DNA of 55,299 bases from an uncultured Gammaproteobacteria bacterium (GTDB taxonomy: Bacteria; Patescibacteriota; Microgenomatia; CAZETR01; Amesbacteraceae). The DNA is taken from contig CAZIVL010000001.1 in assembly GCA_964543035.1 (NCBI GenBank), forward strand, positions 433,736-489,034, read 5' to 3'. Made by a program: the position numbers and the translations under genes. The notes below the pieces were generated by a model. That model did not search any database. It had not been told where the DNA came from and saw nothing but the letters and a program-made list of their open reading frames with translations. Below are positions 32,062 to 39,859 of the stretch, piece by piece (within the stretch, counting starts at the first letter, position 1; each line of letters starts with the position of its first letter).

Positions 32062-33979
32062 ATTTGCAATCGTTACCCTCAGTCTACTTGTGTCCTTTCT
32101 TTTCGTGCCCAAAGCACTTGCTGCCGACGTCACCATAGTCGGGATTGGAGATATGGTCTGCGAGTTTTCCGACACCAGCACCTCATGTCGCCAGATGTCG
32201 AGAAGGCTTTCAAACCAGACATCGATCATCAATCCCCAATATGTGTTACCCCTTGGAGATCTTCAATATGTAAACGGAGAATACACAAATTTTACGAACA
32301 TCTTTGACTCAGACTGGGGTATTCACAAATCCAAAATGAAACCAATTCCAGGGAATCACGAGTATCACACCACTGGAGCGGCCGGATACTACAATTATTT
32401 TGGCACTCAAGCCACTGGTGTAAATGGCAAGGGGTATTACAGCTGGAATGCTGGGGACTGGCACATGATAGCTCTCAACTCAGAAATAGCCATCAGTGAA
32501 CAAGTTGCTTGGCTCAATTCAGATTTAGCAGCAAATCCCACAGCCTGTACCTTAGCTTATTATCACAGACCAAGATTTAGTTCAGGGAACAATCACGGTA
32601 GCGATAATACTGTTGCACCCTTCTGGGAAGCTTTGTACGCCAGGGGTGTGGACGTAGTACTTAACGGACACGAACACAATTACGAGAGATTCAATCTTCA
32701 AAACGCAACTGGCGGCTTGGATACCACCCGAGGCATTAGAGAATTTGTAGTAGGTACAGGCGGTCGCAGTTTCTACGGCTTCAATAATCCTCCACTTGCA
32801 ACCAGCCAGTTTCGAAGAACAGGAACAGGAGGAATCCTAAAATTGATTTTACATCCCACCAGCTATGATTTTTCATTCATCGACGATTTGGGCAACGTCA
32901 TAGATTCAGGCAGCGGCCAATGTGTTGGCGCAGCAGGCATTACTCCAAACCCAACAGTTGCTCCAACTCCTCCCCCCGCAGCCACCATAATCCCCACGGT
33001 GGTTCCCTGTGGTCCCACAAACACGGGTCAAGTCGTCATGAATACCAATCTTCCCACAGGGGTCTACAAAATCTGGGCTCGAGTTCAAACTTCAGGATTA
33101 GCAAACAATTTTTATGTAAGGGCTGACAATACCTGTACGCAAATCACCAATTCAGACAATTCTGGTGGTTGGATCTGGATTTCAGCAGGTCAAACAGTCG
33201 AGATGAGAGAACCGAATCAGACAGTGACTCTCATCGGCCGCGATGACGGAGTCAAAGTAGACAAAGTCATTCTTACCCAAAACATGGGCTGCACCCCCAC
33301 AGGATTTGGCGAAAACTGCGAAGTTGAACCCACAGCCACACCCACCCAAACTCCCCCCGGAACCACCATTGATCCCACTCCCACATTAATCTCTGCGTCT
33401 CCCACAGCCACTCCTCCACCAGGAGATCAAAATTCCGGAACTAGAATATTTCTAAATCCTATTGCTGATGCCAAAGTTATTGATACCAAGCCCTCCCAAA
33501 ACTTTGGCAACAACCTAGATTTACGAATCAATAGTATTCCCAACGGCTTTTACCGCGAAATGTCCAGGGCATATCTCATGTTTGATGTCTCTTCTCTAAA
33601 AGCCAATGTCGCCAATCTAAAGCTTCGATTTAGAGTCCGAGGTGGGGATTCAGCTTCCAAAAACATTCAATCTATCAGACTTGTCGACAGAAATGATTGG
33701 ACCGAATCAGGCATCAATTACAACAACGCTCCAGCTTTGGGTCGCACCCTTACTACATTCGGACCAACCAGTACAAATACATGGTACGAAATAACATTAC
33801 CCATCGATACCATTACTTCTGGTCAAACTCGCTTGTCTTTGGCCATCGAAAACTGCGCAGATTGCAGAGACGGCCTCAGTATTGACTCAAAAGAGACTTC
33901 AAACAAACCAGCTCTTATCATCAATGGTGGGGCTGCTGATACCTCAGGAGGTTCAGATATCGACGACGAAGATGACTAA
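32039..33979 (+). CDS. exported calcineurin-like metallophosphoesterase fused via PT linkers to carbohydrate-binding-like and DNRLRE-type C-terminal domains
   Basis: The start is taken at ATG 32039 (MFNNIKDKFAIVTLSLLVSFLFVPKALA). Motifs are GIGDM, GDLQY, GNHEY and LNGHEHNYER. The C-terminal part AYLMFDVSSLK...TESGINYNNAP resembles DNRLRE. The tail is acidic. Confidence 0.7.
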   Translation: MFNNIKDKFAIVTLSLLVSFLFVPKALAADVTIVGIGDMVCEFSDTSTSCRQMSRRLSNQTSIINPQYVLPLGDLQYVNGEYTNFTNIFDSDWGIHKSKMKPIPGNHEYHTTGAAGYYNYFGTQATGVNGKGYYSWNAGDWHMIALNSEIAISEQVAWLNSDLAANPTACTLAYYHRPRFSSGNNHGSDNTVAPFWEALYARGVDVVLNGHEHNYERFNLQNATGGLDTTRGIREFVVGTGGRSFYGFNNPPLATSQFRRTGTGGILKLILHPTSYDFSFIDDLGNVIDSGSGQCVGAAGITPNPTVAPTPPPAATIIPTVVPCGPTNTGQVVMNTNLPTGVYKIWARVQTSGLANNFYVRADNTCTQITNSDNSGGWIWISAGQTVEMREPNQTVTLIGRDDGVKVDKVILTQNMGCTPTGFGENCEVEPTATPTQTPPGTTIDPTPTLISASPTATPPPGDQNSGTRIFLNPIADAKVIDTKPSQNFGNNLDLRINSIPNGFYREMSRAYLMFDVSSLKANVANLKLRFRVRGGDSASKNIQSIRLVDRNDWTESGINYNNAPALGRTLTTFGPTSTNTWYEITLPIDTITSGQTRLSLAIENCADCRDGLSIDSKETSNKPALIINGGAADTSGGSDIDDEDD

Positions 33980-33984
33980 TTAAG

Positions 33985-34056
33985 TCGGGGTGCAGGGAAT
34001 TGAACCCTGTACTTCTCGCTCCCAAAGCGAGCGTTCTACCGATGAACTACACCCCG
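33985..34056 (-). tRNA. tRNA-Pro (anticodon TGG)
   Basis: The reverse complement is CGGGGTG-TA-GTTC-ATCGGTA-GAAC-G-CTCGC-TTTGGGA-GCGAG-AAGTA-CAGGG-TTCAATT-CCCTG-CACCCCG-A. Confidence 0.85.
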
Positions 34057-34069
34057 ATATTGCTATTAT

Positions 34070-34189
34070 AGCGAAAAGAGCGTTCTATCACGCCCTTCAC
34101 GACTCGCGAATGCCGTGCATGAGCGAGCAAGTGAAGCAAGGGATATGAAATATAGCGCACTATATTTCATACCGATGAACTACACCCCG
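34070..34189 (-). pseudogene. tRNA-Pro 5'-half fragment, split by an ~82-nt hairpin-rich insert
   Basis: gagcgttcta (34078-34087) and taccgatgaactacaccccg (34170-34189) together reproduce 34029-34056 of the intact gene. They are separated by an insert bounded by TA on both sides that contains an 11-bp perfect hairpin (34145-34170). Confidence 0.6.
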
Positions 34190-34815
34190 GACGTGAGTAA
34201 TTCTACCAATTTACTCACCAACTTTCTCTTAGTCGTCACTTTTGCCCGTCCCGGCACCTCAATAGTCAGACAACCTTTGGCGATTTTTTTTCTAATCAAC
34301 CACGTGCTCACAAACCCTCTCGTTCCTTGTTTGTCATCCACAGTTGACATTATTCGCCCGCCTTTTACTTGATGGCCCAGAGCCACATCGTCCAAACCAT
34401 TAAACATTTTTAGACCACAGTCATCCACGGCTAACTCAATTTTTTTCCAAATAGTAGGGGACAACTGTACATTATCATCGTATAAATAAAATTCGTCAGT
34501 CAGATCCGTATCTTCATGAAAATCGATCATCAGTTCAAAACTGTAATTCCTAAAAATTTGCATCGCTTCCATGATTTCTGGGTCAGTCGCTCCATCCACA
34601 AAGTTCCTATTTAGATCCAACCCATTCACATTTGTCCTGGTCCCAGCCTGCACTGCAGACTTACTCACAACCGGGATATACACAACATCTGAGAGCTTGT
34701 GTGATTTACTCTTCATCACCTCTTCCAACACTTTTGCAGTCTCATATTCATCCCCATGCATGCCAGAAATTATTAGAATTATTGGATCTTTACCGAGGAC
34801 AAAATGTTGCATCAT
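34180..34815 (-). CDS. M14-like zinc carboxypeptidase/succinylglutamate desuccinylase-aspartoacylase superfamily protein
   Basis: ILIISGMHGDEYE (HxxE zinc motif) and DFHED (a second His ligand context). The last codons read into the tRNA-Pro fragment. Confidence 0.55.
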   Translation of the reverse strand: MMQHFVLGKDPIILIISGMHGDEYETAKVLEEVMKSKSHKLSDVVYIPVVSKSAVQAGTRTNVNGLDLNRNFVDGATDPEIMEAMQIFRNYSFELMIDFHEDTDLTDEFYLYDDNVQLSPTIWKKIELAVDDCGLKMFNGLDDVALGHQVKGGRIMSTVDDKQGTRGFVSTWLIRKKIAKGCLTIEVPGRAKVTTKRKLVSKLVELLTSGV

Positions 34816-34816
34816 G

Positions 34817-34901
34817 TGCCGAGGAAGGGACTCGAACCCTTACAGCCGTTTAAAGCTGGGGGCTCTTAAGGCCCCTGCGTCTACCATTCCGCCACCTCGG
34901 C
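34817..34901 (-). tRNA. tRNA-Leu (anticodon TAA), long variable arm
   Basis: The reverse complement is GCCGAGG-TG-GCGGAATGGTAGACGC-A-GGGGC-CTTAAGA-GCCCC-(variable arm CAGCTTTAAACGGCTGT)-AAGGG-TTCGAGT-CCCTT-CCTCGGC-A. Confidence 0.85.
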
Positions 34902-34907
34902 ATGTTG

Positions 34908-34980
34908 TGGTCGCTAAGGGACTCGAACCCCTGACTTTCTCAGTGTAAATGAGACGCTCTACCAACTGAGCTAAGCGACC
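34908..34980 (-). tRNA. tRNA-Val (anticodon TAC)
   Basis: The reverse complement is GGTCGCT-TA-GCTC-AGTTGGTA-GAGC-G-TCTCA-TTTACAC-TGAGA-AAGTC-AGGGG-TTCGAGT-CCCTT-AGCGACC-A. Confidence 0.85.
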
Positions 34981-34984
34981 AGTG

Positions 34985-35066
34985 TGCCGGAAAGAGGACT
35001 CGAACCTCCATGCCTTGCGGCGCTACCACCTCAAGGTAGTGCGTCTACCAGTTTCGCCATCCCGGC
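34985..35066 (-). tRNA. tRNA-Leu (anticodon GAG), long variable arm
   Basis: The reverse complement is GCCGGGA-TG-GCGAAACTGGTAGACGC-A-CTACC-TTGAGGT-GGTAG-(variable arm)-GGAGG-TTCGAGT-CCTCT-TTCCGGC-A. Confidence 0.85.
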
Positions 35067-35083
35067 ATAAGCCAATTATAGCC

Positions 35084-35104
35084 TAGTGGGCGAGAGAGGA
35101 CTCG
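35084..35104. repeat. 21-bp direct repeat of the 3' end of tRNA-Leu(CAG) (second copy 35186-35206)
   Basis: tagtgggcgagagaggactcg occurs identically at 35084-35104 and 35186-35206. The second copy is the acceptor/T-arm 3' end of the intact tRNA. The 81-nt spacer contains ATTGTGGC-GAAA-GCCACAAT (35143-35162). Confidence 0.8.
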
Positions 35105-35188
35105 CACGCGTAGCGCGTCGCGACAGCGACGAGCTCCACGACATTGTGGCGAAAGCCACAATCTACATGGGCTACTGTATAGCTTTAG

Positions 35189-35274
35189 TGGGCGAGAGAG
35201 GACTCGAACCTCCACGACCGATTAAGGTCACTAGCACCTGAAGCTAGCGCGTCTACCAGTTTCACCACTCGCCC
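35189..35274 (-). tRNA. tRNA-Leu (anticodon CAG), long variable arm
   Basis: The reverse complement is GGGCGAG-TG-GTGAAACTGGTAGACGC-G-CTAGC-TTCAGGT-GCTAG-(variable arm)-GGAGG-TTCGAGT-CCTCT-CTCGCCC-A. Confidence 0.85.
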
Positions 35275-35312
35275 AAAGTAATCATATTATATAATATGGG
35301 AGGTATCTTTTC

Positions 35313-35385
35313 GCCGAGTTAGCCAAGGTGGTCAAGGCGGGCGCCTGAAGAGCGTCATATTAAGGTTCGACTCCTTAACTCGGCA
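35313..35385 (+). tRNA. tRNA-Phe (anticodon GAA), atypical D arm
   Basis: GCCGAGT-TA-GCCA-AGGTGGTCA-AGGC-G-GGCGC-CTGAAGA-GCGTC-ATAT-TAAGG-TTCGACT-CCTTA-ACTCGGC-A. The D stem has only 3 clean pairs. Confidence 0.6.
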
Positions 35386-35413
35386 CAAATCAATCCTGTA
35401 GTATAATTAAAGG

Positions 35414-35908
35414 GTGCAACAACAAAGACTAGCTGAAACAAAAAACTGGCTAACAAGGCGATATTTAGAAATAACAACAGTGGGAATAGTCGTAGAAAAC
35501 ACGATCCAACCTGTTATTGTTCAAAACTATCTAGACGGAACACCTCCCCCCTCCGAAAACATACTTTTCCTTTTAAACCATTTAGGTGACGTATCCAACG
35601 GCTTTTTCGGCGTACTGATACCAAATCTGATGCTAACTCTTATTTCAAGTACAGTTGATTTAAAAAAAGAAAATCAAAAAGTGCAACGACTTTTAAACAA
35701 ATTACAAATATTAACCATGTTGGCAATAGGAATATGGATAGTGGACGCAGAAACAACACGAATACTTCCATTAAGCGAACTAAGTACTCCAGATATACTA
35801 GATATCCCCATGGGTATATTCGGAATAATTACTGCAGCCCTTACAACACAGAGATTTCAAGAACACATAAACACTCACGCTAAACATGCCCAATCTAATA
35901 AGATTTGA
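35414..35908 (+). CDS. hypothetical membrane protein (164 aa)
   Basis: GTG-start ORF with several hydrophobic helices (FFGVLIPNLMLTLISS, ILTMLAIGIWIV, MGIFGIITAALT). No family recognised. Confidence 0.45.
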   Translation: MQQQRLAETKNWLTRRYLEITTVGIVVENTIQPVIVQNYLDGTPPPSENILFLLNHLGDVSNGFFGVLIPNLMLTLISSTVDLKKENQKVQRLLNKLQILTMLAIGIWIVDAETTRILPLSELSTPDILDIPMGIFGIITAALTTQRFQEHINTHAKHAQSNKI

Positions 35909-35979
35909 TAAAATACTGCTAGTACAGCAGCTACAGCTAGTTTGCATCAGCAAACAAGAGGTAGGCGCGACCAGAGGTT

Positions 35980-36053
35980 GCGGCTATGGTTCAGTGGTAG
36001 AACACGTCCTTGCCAAGGATGAGATACGGGTTCGATTCCCGTTAGCCGCTCCA
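35980..36053 (+). tRNA. tRNA-Gly (anticodon GCC), CCA encoded
   Basis: GCGGCTA-TG-GTTC-AGTGGTA-GAAC-A-CGTCC-TTGCCAA-GGATG-AGAT-ACGGG-TTCGATT-CCCGT-TAGCCGC-T-CCA. The next gene's ATG starts 2 nt after the CCA. Confidence 0.85.
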
Positions 36054-36054
36054 A

Positions 36055-36651
36055 ATGAAATCTCTTGCCCATATCGGCGTCATCAGTACTTTTCTTTTGG
36101 CCGTTCCAGCCACAATGACCCTATCCATATTGCTTCTTATTCAGATCAACAGCAACCCAGAACTAATCAACCCTTCCCCCAAAGTGCTGGGTGCATCACA
36201 GACATCATCTGTGCTAAATACACTTCCAGAAATCAAGCTCAATCACACCTATACCAGTGCTGATTCGAGACCTGCACTTGTCAAAAATTATCTAAAAAAA
36301 TACGGCTCCGTTTTAGAACCTTATTCAGATGAGATTGTTGCAGTATCAGACGAATATGACCTTGATTATAGGCTTCTGGTGGCCATTGCCCAACAAGAAT
36401 CCAATCTCTGTAAAAAAATTCCCGAAAATTCTTTTAACTGTTGGGGGTTCGGAATCTATGGTGACAAAGTTACCCGTTTTGACAACTATTCCCAAGCCTT
36501 CGAAATAATAGCAAAAACTTTGAAAAAAAATTATATTGATCAGGGACTGGATACTCCAGAAAAAATTATGGCCAAATACACACCTCCTTCTTTAGAGCTG
36601 GGCGGTCCCTGGGCCAGGGGTGTCAGTCAATTTTTATCGGAAATGGAGTAA
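36055..36651 (+). CDS. exported lysozyme-like/lytic transglycosylase-type (SLT or glucosaminidase-like) protein
   Basis: Signal MKSLAHIGVISTFLLAVPA. YRLLVAIAQQESNLCKK...NCWGFGIYG resembles the catalytic Glu-Ser region of SLT/muramidase folds. Confidence 0.5.
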   Translation: MKSLAHIGVISTFLLAVPATMTLSILLLIQINSNPELINPSPKVLGASQTSSVLNTLPEIKLNHTYTSADSRPALVKNYLKKYGSVLEPYSDEIVAVSDEYDLDYRLLVAIAQQESNLCKKIPENSFNCWGFGIYGDKVTRFDNYSQAFEIIAKTLKKNYIDQGLDTPEKIMAKYTPPSLELGGPWARGVSQFLSEME

Positions 36652-37426
36652 AATCCCCCTACGTATGGCCGCACACTACGACGATCCCAGCTACTCATAC
36701 GAAAAGTACTGGACCGACAGACGTTATGAGCATGACAGCGAAGTCACTGCTATCCAAAAATTTTTGGACAGAAAAAGCTTCAAAATCAGCGCAGACATCG
36801 GTGGGGGATTCGGTCGTCTAACGAGCCTCCTGGCCCAATATTCTCAAAAAACTCTCCTCATAGAGCCCTCAAAAAAACAGCGATTGCTTACTGCAAATCA
36901 TCTAGCCAAACACACCAAGATTGCAGTTCTTCCGGGCAGTATCGAGCGCACAGGACTTACAGAAGGAAGTCTAGACCTAGCCTTAGTCGTTCGCGTCATG
37001 CACCATCTACCCGACCCAAAAAAAGCTTTTCTCGAGCTCAACCGGATTATAAAACCAGGGGGATATTTGGTTCTGGAATTTGCCAATTCTCTAAACTTCA
37101 AATCCAGGCTTCACAGCCTCTGGACGGGCCAGTCCATCCTTCCTTCCCCCATTGAGCGCAGGAGCAATTCCAATATCAGAAAGCAGACTATTCCTTTTGT
37201 AAATCATCATCCGGAAACAGTCCTCAAAGCTCTTCGGTCTCACAATTTTGAGCCTGTTGAAATTCTAAGTGTTTCAAATTTTAGATTCGTTTTTTTCAAA
37301 AGATATATTCCAAAAAAGCTTCTTCTCACCCTAGAGTCTGTATTCCAAAAAACACTTTCTTCCCTATACTTTGGGCCAAGTATATTCATATTGGCCAAGA
37401 GACTTGACAATCCTATAACCCCATAG
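36620..37426 (+). CDS. class I SAM-dependent methyltransferase
   Basis: ISADIGGGFGRLTSLL (motif I) and IKPGGYLVLEF. The GTG at 36620 overlaps the previous gene by 32 nt. ATG 36665 (MAAHYDD) is an alternative start. Confidence 0.75.
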   Translation: MSVNFYRKWSKIPLRMAAHYDDPSYSYEKYWTDRRYEHDSEVTAIQKFLDRKSFKISADIGGGFGRLTSLLAQYSQKTLLIEPSKKQRLLTANHLAKHTKIAVLPGSIERTGLTEGSLDLALVVRVMHHLPDPKKAFLELNRIIKPGGYLVLEFANSLNFKSRLHSLWTGQSILPSPIERRSNSNIRKQTIPFVNHHPETVLKALRSHNFEPVEILSVSNFRFVFFKRYIPKKLLLTLESVFQKTLSSLYFGPSIFILAKRLDNPITP

Positions 37427-37483
37427 TACACTAGTTGTACGTTCCGCGGCTAGGTAGAAATATCTGGCGGTGGAATTATAAAA

Positions 37484-37516
37484 GCCTTGGCATCGGGCAG
37501 GAGCCAGGGCTTTTTT
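37484..37516 (+). terminator. rho-independent terminator of the methyltransferase gene
   Basis: GCCTTGG (37484-37490)...CCAGGGC (37504-37510) with one G.U, followed by TTTTTT (37511-37516). Confidence 0.6.
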
Positions 37517-37529
37517 AGTTGTATGACAT

Positions 37530-37560
37530 TGTCATTCTGAGCGAAGTCGAAGAATCCCTC
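37530..37560. repeat. Repeat family GTCATCCTGAGC..GAAGGATCC, copy 3 (single arm)
   Basis: tgtcattctgagcgaagtcgaagaatccctc. No partner arm is seen. Confidence 0.7.
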
Positions 37561-37585
37561 CCCATATTGTAAAATCACACCAGTT

Positions 37586-37670
37586 GGGCCGGTGGTGAAA
37601 TTGGTATACACGCAGGTTTTAGGAACCTGTCTCGCAAGAGGTGGAGGTTCAAGTCCTCTCCGGCCCACCA
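37586..37670 (+). tRNA. tRNA-Leu (anticodon TAG), long variable arm, CCA encoded
   Basis: GGGCCGG-TG-GTGAAATTGGTATACAC-G-CAGGT-TTTAGGA-ACCTG-(TCTCGCAAGAGGT)-GGAGG-TTCAAGT-CCTCT-CCGGCCC-A-CCA. Confidence 0.85.
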
Positions 37671-37875
37671 ATGACAGTTCGACCCGAACATGTACTTTAG
37701 CACATTGCTGAATACGAATTTGATTTTTACGAACGCTTAGTAAACGCTCCTACATTTATTGACCCCGATGAACTTGAATCAGAAACCATAATCGAGTACG
37801 GGTTAGAAAATTACCTTTATATAATTAGAGAGTATTACTTGTGATCGACAAATACCGAAACCCTATTCATTAAAC

Positions 37876-37905
37876 AAAAGAAAAACCCCAATCTTGCGAC
37901 CGGGG
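37876..37905 (-). terminator. rho-independent terminator of dinB
   Basis: The minus strand reads CCCCGGUC-GCAA-GAUUGGGG (8 bp including two G.U, GNRA loop) followed by UUUUUCUUUUG. On the plus strand the same stem would need two A.C mismatches. Confidence 0.7.
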
Positions 37906-37973
37906 TTCTTCACAGTCTTGCGACTGACTCTCTTGCGAGAGCTTGTGTATAGTACCATCCACATCAAACCATG

Positions 37974-39185
37974 TCAACTAGCAAATTGTTGATCACTTCC
38001 AAATCTATAATATTTATCTCCCAGATATCCAGTTACTTCTGGGCGTAGCAGCTCTCCTCCCAAAAGTGACGCGGGATACAGAGTAAACAAACCATATTTT
38101 TTATTGACCACATCTGTAGCCTTCAGCATTTCTTCCCTCCTACCAAAGACTGACAGCTGACAACTAAAGACCAAGTTAGTAATCCACACTCCCGCTTTTC
38201 GGACACCCAAAACTGGTTTCTTCAAATATTCTTTGGAGAGCAAGTCATAAATAATCAGGGGATCATCTGTAGGAGTCACAACTGTCTTTCTCGCCCAAAA
38301 TCCTTCTTCACCAGAGAGTGATAGACAAAAAGTCCTCCCCACCATTTTCATTTCTCGCAGCTTACCACACGCTTCTTCCAAAAGATTTCTCACCAGATTT
38401 AGGATTTCGGATTTAGAATTTAGAGCTTTGTAAGTCGTGTATGACCGACTTACGCTTTTGGCCGGATCCAGCTCAGAAGTCAGGCTCAAATCTTCATTGA
38501 GCCTCAAATAGACCAGGTCTTCTACTTCTGGCAGGAGTCCAGACACCGCTCTGGCCTGACCCAGGGTGTACAAGCCCTTATTATGCAGATATTTGGTTCT
38601 GGCAAACCCAATCCCACACACTTCTTCGACTGCCAAATGTTCTGTGGCAGACAGGTAGTTCTCAGGCGTCAGCCAAGTTAGTCCATCTGGTTTTTGCATT
38701 TCCGACCCCAATTTGGCCAATAGTCTCGTATGCGATATTCCCACCGAGCACTTGAGCCAATCTCCCAGCTCTTCCTTGATTCGTCTTTTGATATCCAAAG
38801 CGATTTCCAAAGCACCTCCGGCATAAAGCCCTAATGTATCCGTCACATCAATAAACGCTTCGTCTATAGAAAAAACTTCGACAAAAGGGGAGTAATCAGA
38901 AATTATTTTTATAAGTCCTGTCGTCACCGCAAAATATTTATCCATGTCCGATGGCACCAGGATTATCTGTGGACACAGTTTCTGCGCATCCCATACACCC
39001 ATCCCCGTTTTCACTCCATATTTTTTGGCCTCGATAGACGCCGCAATCACACATCCTCGCCCAGGCGCCTTCAGTATTCCCACCGGTTTTCCTCGCAGTC
39101 TGGGATTTGCCTGCTGCTCCACCGTAGCAAAGTAAGAATTCATATCCACATGCAAAATAGTCTTTCTCATGTTTGGATCGTCCAT
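37974..39185 (-). CDS. dinB: DNA polymerase IV (Y-family)
   Basis: ILHVDMNSYFATVEQ, FSIDEAFIDVT, and GISHTRLLAKLGSEMQKPDG are the canonical Y-family palm/finger motifs. Confidence 0.9.
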   Translation of the reverse strand: MDDPNMRKTILHVDMNSYFATVEQQANPRLRGKPVGILKAPGRGCVIAASIEAKKYGVKTGMGVWDAQKLCPQIILVPSDMDKYFAVTTGLIKIISDYSPFVEVFSIDEAFIDVTDTLGLYAGGALEIALDIKRRIKEELGDWLKCSVGISHTRLLAKLGSEMQKPDGLTWLTPENYLSATEHLAVEEVCGIGFARTKYLHNKGLYTLGQARAVSGLLPEVEDLVYLRLNEDLSLTSELDPAKSVSRSYTTYKALNSKSEILNLVRNLLEEACGKLREMKMVGRTFCLSLSGEEGFWARKTVVTPTDDPLIIYDLLSKEYLKKPVLGVRKAGVWITNLVFSCQLSVFGRREEMLKATDVVNKKYGLFTLYPASLLGGELLRPEVTGYLGDKYYRFGSDQQFAS

Positions 39186-39385
39186 ACTAGATCCTCCCGG
39201 TCTAGCTGCAGCTCAGCTTCCAATCCAACAGTGCTGATTGCAAAACATGTATATTTTCTTCCACCATCTTTTCTTTGAAAAATCAGATTAATAGTCGCCA
39301 CGTCGTATTCCCGCCCGTGCCACCAAAATTTTTCTGGCCAAGTCCGACCATAAGAAAACTTTGCTAATACATCAACACGGTCCAC
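39167..39385 (-). CDS. hypothetical small protein (72 aa) overlapping the dinB start by 19 nt
   Basis: ORF with Trp-rich text GRTWPEKFWWHGREYDV. Operon-like overlap with dinB. No family recognised. Confidence 0.4.
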   Translation of the reverse strand: MDRVDVLAKFSYGRTWPEKFWWHGREYDVATINLIFQRKDGGRKYTCFAISTVGLEAELQLDREDLVWTIQT

Positions 39386-39466
39386 AAAGTATTTGTACCA
39401 AATAAGACCCGAAGATGCAAGATATCAAAACGTGGGTTTTGCGTATCAACTTCGTCTAATGATCAA

Positions 39467-39859
39467 ATGGAAATATCCAGACATTGGCGATTACAACAAC
39501 AACGTTACGGACTAGTAGGAGAAATCTGTCCCCATTGTGACGAAAAAATCTTTCCCCCCAGAGATGTCTGTCCAAACTGCAGCGGTGACGCAAAAAATCC
39601 TTACCAATTTTCCGGCAAAGGCGAGGTCTACTCATTTACCACTATATATGACGCGCCCGAAGGATACGAAGGCCTAACTCCATACACAGTCGCACTTATA
39701 AGATTAGAGGAAGGTCCGCTAGTCACCGCCCAGCTCACCGATGTCGACAATGGCAAGGTAGAGATCGGCACTCCAGTCGAGATGGTCACACGCAAATTAC
39801 GTGAAGATGGAGATAAGGGCATCATAGTCTACGGCTACAAATTTCGACCTCAAATGTGA
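39467..39859 (+). CDS. Zn-ribbon/OB-fold protein (DUF35 family)
   Basis: CPHCDEKIFPPRDVCPNCSG rubredoxin-like ribbon followed by an OB-fold region (GEVYSFTTIY...VALIRLEEGPLVTAQL). Confidence 0.75.
   Translation: MEISRHWRLQQQRYGLVGEICPHCDEKIFPPRDVCPNCSGDAKNPYQFSGKGEVYSFTTIYDAPEGYEGLTPYTVALIRLEEGPLVTAQLTDVDNGKVEIGTPVEMVTRKLREDGDKGIIVYGYKFRPQM

Noticed and set aside
37671-37845. ORF MTVRPEHVL-TAG-HIAEYEFDFYERLVNAPTFIDPDELESETIIEYGLENYLYIIREYYL with an in-frame TAG, considered as possible stop-codon recoding
   Set aside because: All other genes in the window terminate normally at TAG, TAA or TGA. The ATG overlaps the CCA end of tRNA-Leu, and there is no RBS. It is more likely a decayed gene remnant or non-coding DNA.
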